From positions 1-64,000 of the forward strand of contig JBCCHT010000007.1 of NCBI GenBank assembly GCA_039028615.1: DNA of 64,000 bases, read 5' to 3'. Under the pieces are notes generated by a model. It searched no databases, was not told the origin of the DNA, and saw only the letters and a program-made list of their open reading frames with translations. The position numbers and the translations under genes were made by a program. Each line of letters starts with the position of its first letter. Positions within the stretch are counted from its first letter, which is position 1. Below are positions 57,736 to 64,000 of this stretch, piece by piece. The DNA comes from Myxococcota bacterium (GTDB lineage Bacteria; Myxococcota_A; Polyangia; Nannocystales; Nannocystaceae).

Positions 57736-58531
57736 CGGTGGAGGCCGCCGAGGTTCCCTCTTCGTCGCTCGCGAGGGCGCGGGCGGGCGGAGGCGTGATT
57801 TGTTCGGAGGTCAGGCCGAAGCGTCGCTCACGGCTCGAGAAGTCTCGCAGCGCCTGGTAGAGGTCGGCACGCCGGAACTCGGGCCACATCTTCTGGCTGA
57901 AGTGCAGCTCGGCGTAGGCGATCTCCCACAGGAAGAAGTTGGACACCCGGTGCTCGCCGCTGGTGCGAATCAGCAGATCCATGGGCGGCAGCAGGACCGA
58001 AGACTCCAGGTAGGAGCTGAACACCTCGGTGTTGATGGTGGCAGGGTCCAGGGTGCCAGCCACCGCAGCGCGGCACATGGTGGCCGCCGCCTTCGCGATC
58101 ATCTCGCGGCCGCCGTAGCTCAGCGCGAGGCACAACACCATGCCGTCGTTGTCGGCCGACGCGGTCATCAGCTCGAACAGCAGCTCGCGGACGTAGCTGG
58201 GGAGGCGCTCCGTCTCTCCCACCGTGGTCAGCCGAATCCCGTTCTCCAGGATCTCCTCGCGCTCCTCGATGAGGTAGCGGCGGAGCAGCTGCATGATGTG
58301 GAAGACCTCCTGGTCGGGGCGGTCCCAGTTCTGGCTCGAGAATGCGAACAAGGTCAGCGCCCGAATCCCGGTCTTGCGCGCTGCTCGCACCACGTCCCGA
58401 ACCGAGTCGGCTCCCTTGCCGTGGCCCTCCTCGCGTGGGAGCCCACGCGTCTGAGCCCAGCGGCCGTTCCCGTCCATGATGATGCCGACATGGCGGGGCA
58501 ACGGGCCCTCGATGAACTCGGGGTCAGACAT
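57728..58531 (-). CDS. uppS: Undecaprenyl/polyprenyl diphosphate synthase
   Basis: PRHVGIIMDGNGRWA, FAFSSQNW.RP, ALSYGGR, DLLIRTSGE.RVSNF.LWE.AYAE, RERRFG. Confidence 0.95.
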   Translation of the reverse strand: MSDPEFIEGPLPRHVGIIMDGNGRWAQTRGLPREEGHGKGADSVRDVVRAARKTGIRALTLFAFSSQNWDRPDQEVFHIMQLLRRYLIEEREEILENGIRLTTVGETERLPSYVRELLFELMTASADNDGMVLCLALSYGGREMIAKAAATMCRAAVAGTLDPATINTEVFSSYLESSVLLPPMDLLIRTSGEHRVSNFFLWEIAYAELHFSQKMWPEFRRADLYQALRDFSSRERRFGLTSEQITPPPARALASDEEGTSAASTGG

Positions 58532-58832
58532 CCTAGTGCGGCGGGATACCACGGGGCTGCACCCCGGAAAAGCCCGAAGCGGCCGGGTAAAGACCCGCTG
58601 GCCAGCAGTCGCGCCCGGGTGGCCGTGATCGGGGCATGAGCGGCGGTCGGTGGTCCCCCGGCGCGTGAGCGCGAGGTCACGTGGCATAAATCCCCCCGGG
58701 CCTCGGTTCGATGGCCCACGGCCCCGGTCACAATCCGTTCCGTCGCTTGCCGCGCTTCTTTTCCGTGGCCTACTCTGCGGTTCCCGCGGCGGATGCTTCG
58801 TCTCGACGCCCACGACAGGGGAGAGCAGCACG

Positions 58833-59255
58833 ATGAGTAGTCTCGACGACCTCGACTCCCACTTGATCAAGACCGGCTTGGCCTACGATCAGATCGGCCA
58901 CAACACCTGGGTGATCCACCCCGAGACCGCGCACCCGGCTCACATCGCGGTAACCGCGGACGAGCCGATCGTTTTGTTCTCGCTGAAGGTGTTCGAACTC
59001 GGCGCCGAGCCCAACGATGAAGTCGGGCTGTACCGGTGCCTGCTCGAGCTCAATGCCGAGCTCCTGCACTCTTCGTACTCGCTACAGGGTGATAAGGTCA
59101 TGCTCTCCGGTGCGCAGCAGCTGGAGAATCTCGACTTCAACGAGTTTCAAGCCATGATCGACGACATCTGCATGGCCTTGGACAACCACTGGGACCGGCT
59201 GTCGACCTGGGGCCTGCGTCAGCAGGCTGCCACAGCGCAGGAAGGGGGCGCGTAG
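58833..59255 (+). CDS. YbjN/CesT-like chaperone-fold protein
   Basis: Acidic 140-aa protein with LYRCLLELNA...LENLDFNEFQA; stop 1 nt before pspA. Confidence 0.72.
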   Translation: MSSLDDLDSHLIKTGLAYDQIGHNTWVIHPETAHPAHIAVTADEPIVLFSLKVFELGAEPNDEVGLYRCLLELNAELLHSSYSLQGDKVMLSGAQQLENLDFNEFQAMIDDICMALDNHWDRLSTWGLRQQAATAQEGGA

Positions 59256-59256
59256 C

Positions 59257-60093
59257 ATGGGAATGTTTTCACGTCTGGGCACGCTCATCCGCTCGAACAT
59301 CAACGAGCTGATCAACAAGGCCGAAGACCCAGAGAAGATGCTCAACCAGGTCCTGGTTGACATGAAGTCTCAGCTGGTCGAGGCCAAAAAACAGGTCGCG
59401 GTCGCGATCGCGGATGAGAAGCGCCTCAAAAAGCAGTACCAGCAGGAGAGCGCCAAGGCGGCCGAGTGGGAGCGCAAGGCCATGCTGGCGATCAAGGCCG
59501 GCGACGACAACCTGGCCAAGGCTGCGCTGGCTCGCAAGACCGAGCACGACGAGGTCGCGCAGACCCTGCTCCAGCAGTGGGAAGCCCAAAAGGAGTCCGT
59601 CGAGCAGCTCAAGGGCGCCCTGCGGGGCCTCGACGGCAAGATCGAGGAAGCCAAGCGCAAGCGCAACATCCTGGTCTCGCGGCAGAAGCGGGCCGAGGCG
59701 CAGCGCACCATCAACGAGACGCTCTCCAACATCAACTCGACCTCCGCGTTCGACACCTTCGAGCGCATGTCCGACCGCGTCACCCAGATCGAGGCCGAGG
59801 CCGAGGCCACCGCGGAGATCGGCGGCGCCCTCGAAGAGGCCAGCCTCGAGTCGCAGTTCAAGGCCCTCGAGGCCAGCTCGGGTGTCGACGACGAGCTGTC
59901 CAAGCTGAAGCAAAAGATGGCCCTGGCTGCCGCCGAAGAGGAGCGCAAGGCCCTCGGCGGCAAGGTCCCGGACCCCGAGCCCTCGGCCAGCGCCCCGCCC
60001 CCGCCCAGCGACGAAGAGGTCGACGGCGCGGCCAAGGAAGCCGAGATCGACGCTCAGCTCGAAGAGCTCAAGAAGAAGCTCGCCGACGTCTAG
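59257..60093 (+). CDS. pspA: PspA/IM30 family protein
   Basis: MGMFSRLGTLIRSNINELINKAEDPEKMLNQ...WERKAMLA...LAKAAL...FERM. Confidence 0.95.
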   Translation: MGMFSRLGTLIRSNINELINKAEDPEKMLNQVLVDMKSQLVEAKKQVAVAIADEKRLKKQYQQESAKAAEWERKAMLAIKAGDDNLAKAALARKTEHDEVAQTLLQQWEAQKESVEQLKGALRGLDGKIEEAKRKRNILVSRQKRAEAQRTINETLSNINSTSAFDTFERMSDRVTQIEAEAEATAEIGGALEEASLESQFKALEASSGVDDELSKLKQKMALAAAEEERKALGGKVPDPEPSASAPPPPSDEEVDGAAKEAEIDAQLEELKKKLADV

Positions 60094-60207
60094 TCCGAGC
60101 CCCGGCTTCACGCGAACGGGCGATCACCTCCGGGTGGTCGCCCTTCGTTCGTCTGGGCTCGCGCACTTTGGAGGAAACGTCGGCGCCGCTCGGGGTTGAA
60201 GCCGAGC

Positions 60208-60741
60208 ATGTGGCGCCCACTGGTCCTCGCCTCGCTTCCCTGGGTCCTCGCTGCCTGCCCGCAGAGCGACGTCGGCGGCCCCTGCAACCACGGAGCGGCC
60301 CTCGTGCCCCAGGGGCAGACGATCACGTTTCCCGCGCTGGCGTGCGACCACCTGCTGTGTGTCTATGCCGAAGACGCCGAGCCTTCGCCAGAGCCCTGTG
60401 AGACCAACGCGGACTGTCATCCGGCCGGGGTCGAGGACAAGTTCGTGTGCGTCGGGGGGACGTGCGAGCTCGATGCGAGCTACGTGATGAGCCGCTCCAT
60501 GTGCTCGCAGAGCTGTGAGGTCGATGCCGACTGCGACGACGGAGATCCCGACACGACCTGCACGCGCGGGTTCGCATGCGCGCGGATCCAAGCGCTCGGG
60601 GACCACTGCTGCGAGAAGCTCTGCGTGTGCCGTGACGATCTCGACGTAGCGGCGGCGGCTCAGCTCGAAACCGAGTGTAGCGCCGACGCGGCGATCGGGT
60701 GCTGTGACCGGGATCCGCATCCGGCGGCCTGTGGAAGTTGA
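60208..60741 (+). CDS. Cys-rich lipoprotein, CglC-like (gliding motility)
   Basis: Lipobox LAAC, SDVGGPC, ~18 Cys including MCS..C..D.DC and CCEKLCVCRDD. Confidence 0.6.
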   Translation: MWRPLVLASLPWVLAACPQSDVGGPCNHGAALVPQGQTITFPALACDHLLCVYAEDAEPSPEPCETNADCHPAGVEDKFVCVGGTCELDASYVMSRSMCSQSCEVDADCDDGDPDTTCTRGFACARIQALGDHCCEKLCVCRDDLDVAAAAQLETECSADAAIGCCDRDPHPAACGS

Positions 60742-60749
60742 AGACTGAA

Positions 60750-61054
60750 GCTTCGACTTGGGGCGCGGCGGGGGCTCGAGTCGTTCGCTCGGGTTGTGGG
60801 CACGGGTTGGCGTGCCGGTCGACAGGTCGCCTGTTCGCCGGATTGAGTATTCCGGCCGTGCTCAAACAGTGGTTTCACGCCTTGTCACAGCGTACGTACG
60901 CGCAAGGGCTTGGTGGACTCCGTCTGGGCGTGGGCGAGGCGCTACCAAAACTGCGCGCGCCCGGAATACTCAACCCGACGACGGCTCCCGCTTTGGGCGA
61001 TAGGCACGGGCCGATCCGGAAGGGCGGGTTTTGGGGCGGTGGCGGCGCGCCCTT
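60750..61054. repeat. Left arm of long inverted repeat (near-perfect core 60786-61020)
   Basis: Core matches the reverse complement of 61518-61752 with 2 mismatches over 235 bp; degenerate extensions on both sides. Confidence 0.93.
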
Positions 61055-61487
61055 GGGACTCGCGTCGTTGGGCGCCGCTCTCCACAACGAGTTCCGAACT
61101 TGTGCCGCTGTGCACTGCGCGAATCGACCTCCGCTTCGCTCTGCCACGTAGCTCGGATGGCTATCTGGTTGGCGCTGCTCCAATGCCGCTCTGTTCGGCC
61201 CGAAACATCGCAGATGGCGTTCCGCTCTGCTCTCCACCGCGACGGCCGGGTGGGCTTCGGGGTGGGGCGGGCTATCCAACCGTGGGTGATGGCAACGACG
61301 ATGGTCGTGGCCAGCAGGGCGATCAGCTCGTAGTGCCCTCGGGGTTCGATATTCGTGAACAGCGAAGACTGAGACTCTGCGGCCGTTCTCTTCGATACAC
61401 GGCAGCGAGCAGCCCCGGCCTCAGCACGCACCCATCACCACAACCCCACCGAACCTGACCAAGAGCAGAACACACCGTGCCCTCTCA

Positions 61488-61789
61488 AAGGGCGCGCCAC
61501 CGCCCCCTGTTTCCCCCTCCGGATCGGCCCGTGCCCATCGCCCAAAGCGGGAGCCGTCGTCGGGTTGAGTATTCCGGGCGCGCGCAGTTTTGGTAGCGCC
61601 TCGCCCACGCCCAGACGGAGTCCACCAAGCCCTCGCGCGTACGTACGCTGTGACAAGGCGTGAAACCACTGTTTGAGCACGGCCGGAATACTCAATCCGG
61701 CGAACAGGCGACCTGTCGACCGGCACGCCAACCCGTGCCCACAACCCGAGCGCCCAACTCAAACCCACCCCGCGCCCCCGAATCGAAGC
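61488..61789. repeat. Right arm of long inverted repeat (near-perfect core 61518-61752)
   Basis: As above; the same spurious peptides (e.g. LACRSTGRLFAGLSIPAVLKQW) appear on opposite strands in the ORF track. Confidence 0.93.
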
Positions 61790-61923
61790 CCCAATTCCCG
61801 CGCCCCAATAGCAAGCCACCGCCCACTCCCAGCCAACTCCCCCCCGAACCAACGAAAGGACTCGACGACCGACTAGCCACCGAGCCCCCAGAGGGATGGA
61901 TTGGATTTGATTCGCTCGAAGAC

Positions 61924-62460
61924 TCAGACAGGCGCCCGCTCAGGCCGCTCCCCTCCGCGCTTGCCCTTCTTCCCGTGCTTGCCGTGCTTCCCGCGACGCC
62001 CCCCGTGCATCAGCGCCCGCGGACCCCGATGCTCCATGACCTTCGCCATCGTGGCCCGCTGCTCCGCATCGAGCAGCGCGTGAATCTCCATCATCGCATC
62101 GAAGCCCCGCTCCCGAAGCTCTTGCTCATGGGTCTGCACCTGCGCCGCGATGCGTCGCATGGCCGCCTCGTCGGGTGAGTCTTTGGCGAACTCCGCCGCC
62201 ATCTGTTGGTGGAGTCGCTTGATCGCCTCGCGGTCGGCCTTGCTGTCGGCCCGCAGCTCCTTTTTGATCTGCTTGACCTCCTCGCGTTGCGCGTCCGTGC
62301 ACTCGATCTTGGCGCAGAAACCTCCGCGGCGGCCGTCGGCACCGGGGCCCTTGGCCGAGCCCGGCTTGGCGATGGCCGCGGCGCTGCCCAGGCCGACGAG
62401 GGCCAGGCCACCGATGGCGGGGAGGAGGTAACGGGTCTTGGGACTGTTCCAGAGCTTCAT
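61924..62460 (-). CDS. Spy/CpxP-family periplasmic protein
   Basis: Signal peptide; LTxxQ-type motifs CTDAQRE and LLDAEQR; helical. Confidence 0.82.
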   Translation of the reverse strand: MKLWNSPKTRYLLPAIGGLALVGLGSAAAIAKPGSAKGPGADGRRGGFCAKIECTDAQREEVKQIKKELRADSKADREAIKRLHQQMAAEFAKDSPDEAAMRRIAAQVQTHEQELRERGFDAMMEIHALLDAEQRATMAKVMEHRGPRALMHGGRRGKHGKHGKKGKRGGERPERAPV

Positions 62461-62706
62461 GGTCGGTTGTTCCTCGGTCTCGGCTTCAAGATGAGCCGCA
62501 CCCCCCAGCAACACCGTCCAGATGCGGTAAACGCGAAGTAAACCGAATCTCAGTCGTCGTTCGGCTCGATTAACGGGCGCGACTTTCGCGCTTCACCGCG
62601 CCTGGTCGAGCCCTCGGGCCGGCGGTTCGCCAATGGGCCCCTCGCCACGATATCCTGCCGCTCGAAGGCCCCGGCCGATCGACTTTGTGCTATCAGGCGC
62701 ATCCGA

Positions 62707-62925
62707 ATGAGCAACGATGACGCAATCGAGTTCGACGGCAAGGTCGTCGAGGTTCTGACCGGGGGGACGTTCAAAGTCCAAGTGGCCCCCGAGCACTTCG
62801 TCATCGCCAAGCTGGCCGGCAAGATGAGGCGCTACCGAATCCGCGTGGTGCTGGGCGACAAGGTCACGGTGGCCGTGTCTCCTTACGATCCAACGCGGGG
62901 CCGCATCACGTACCGGCCGCGCTGA
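62707..62925 (+). CDS. infA: Translation initiation factor IF-1
   Basis: DAIEFDGKVVEVL..GTFKV...AGKMRRYRIRVVLGDKVTVAVSPYDPTRGRITYR. Confidence 0.93.
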   Translation: MSNDDAIEFDGKVVEVLTGGTFKVQVAPEHFVIAKLAGKMRRYRIRVVLGDKVTVAVSPYDPTRGRITYRPR

Positions 62926-63001
62926 GGAGTGGGGGCTTGCGTCACTGCATCGGCAGCGGCACGACGCCCCTTCACTCGTGCGATGAACGAAGGAGCCCGC
63001 G

Positions 63002-64000
63002 GTGACGGGCCCCGGCGGTCCCGTATCCGACGAGAGCCACGAGTGGCTTCGACAGGTACGGGCCAACGTCAAGGCGCAGCTATTTGGTGCGCCCAGCGAA
63101 GCGGCATCCGCAACCCCGGCGCCGATCGAAGACCCGCGTAGCCACGGCGACGGCGCGGACCCGGTCCGCATCGGTCGCTATGTCGTGATCAAGCGGATCG
63201 GCGAGGGCGGCATGGGCATGGTCTATGCGGCGTACGACGACACGCTCGATCGCAAGGTCGCGGTCAAGCTGCTGCACCCGCGCGGCGCGGGAGCGGGAGT
63301 CGACGCGCGCGCCCGGCTGATCCGCGAGGCCCAGGCGCTGGCTCGGCTGTCGCACCCTTCGGTCATTCACGTCTACGAGGTCGGCACCTGGCAAGAGCAG
63401 GTCTACGTCGCGATGGAGTTCGTGGACGGCACGACCCTCGGCCAGTGGCAGCGGCAAGAGGGCCGAACCTGGCGCGACGTGCTCGAGGCCTATGTCGCGG
63501 CGGGCCGAGGCCTGGCGGCTGCCCATGCGGCGGGCATCGTTCACCGCGACTTCAAGGCCGCCAACGTGCTGGTACGCAACGACGGTGCGGTCCGAGTCGT
63601 GGACTTCGGGCTCGCCCGGCAGGAGATCGAGGCGGGAGCGTCCGGGTCGAAGCCCCGCCCCATCGACCTCGGGGCCTCCGCGCCCGCGCTGTCGCTGGTC
63701 GATGGCCAGACCTCGCCCGGCACCGACGCCCCGCTCACCCGGACCGGCGCCATCATGGGCACTCCCGCCTATATGGCGCCCGAGCAGCACATCGGGCAGC
63801 GCGCCGACGTCCGCAGCGATCAGTTCAGCTACTGCGTGTCGCTGTACGAGGCGCTGTACGGCTTCCGCCCCTTCCCCGGCGAGACGGTGGCCGCCTTGCG
63901 TCGCAACGTACTCGCGGGGCGCCTGGAGCAGCCACCCCGCTACACCGACATCCCGCCCCGGATCTTCCGCGTGCTCGAGCGTGGGCTCCAGATCCACCCG
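63002..64000 (+). CDS. Serine/threonine protein kinase (3' end runs off the window; absent from ORF track)
   Basis: Manual translation from GTG 63002 (AGGAG SD at 62991-62995): VKAQLFG...RIGRYVVIKRIGEGGMGMVYAAYD..LDRKVAVKLL...HRDFKAANVL...DFGLA...GTPAYMAPEQ. Confidence 0.93.
   Translation, partial: MTGPGGPVSDESHEWLRQVRANVKAQLFGAPSEAASATPAPIEDPRSHGDGADPVRIGRYVVIKRIGEGGMGMVYAAYDDTLDRKVAVKLLHPRGAGAGVDARARLIREAQALARLSHPSVIHVYEVGTWQEQVYVAMEFVDGTTLGQWQRQEGRTWRDVLEAYVAAGRGLAAAHAAGIVHRDFKAANVLVRNDGAVRVVDFGLARQEIEAGASGSKPRPIDLGASAPALSLVDGQTSPGTDAPLTRTGAIMGTPAYMAPEQHIGQRADVRSDQFSYCVSLYEALYGFRPFPGETVAALRRNVLAGRLEQPPRYTDIPPRIFRVLERGLQIHP

Noticed and set aside
60660..62178. Short ORFs with duplicated peptides (MKPLFEHGRNTQ..., ...YVRARAWWTPSGRG...)
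   Set aside because: Products of the inverted DNA repeat, not genes; no codon bias or motifs
63080..63997. 305-aa minus-strand ORF
   Set aside because: Antisense shadow of the plus-strand Ser/Thr kinase

Overview
High-GC window from a myxobacterium. The Cys-rich lipoproteins, FG-GAP/RCC1 proteins and 'VKAQLFG..PVRIGRY' kinase style suggest Nannocystaceae/Nannocystineae (inference). About 55 CDS are supportable. Housekeeping genes (ppk2, xth, cfa, apaG, uppS-cdsA, pspA, infA) are interleaved with accessory modules. Standouts: (1) a divergent five-lipoprotein cluster at 7.9-13.4 kb. One arm carries three putative beta-1,3-glucan-active proteins of largely eukaryote-type families (GH128, fungal Tos1/DUF2401-like, GH64/thaumatin). 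The other arm carries a PQQ/GSDH sugar dehydrogenase and a diheme cytochrome. (2) A ~1 kb non-coding element at 60.75-61.79 kb built from a 235-bp near-perfect inverted repeat whose arms are themselves hairpins. (3) A 163-bp CTAG-bounded MITE-like hairpin at the sigZ stop codon. (4) A coupled GATase / AMMECR1-alpha-barrel / small partner / HTTM operon. (5) A 1344-aa signal-less repeat-module zincin with a tightly linked partner gene. (6) A Neverland-like Rieske oxygenase and a six-zinc-ribbon protein. No rRNA, tRNA, CRISPR array or intact transposase was seen. All family calls come from motif recognition by eye; no searches were run.
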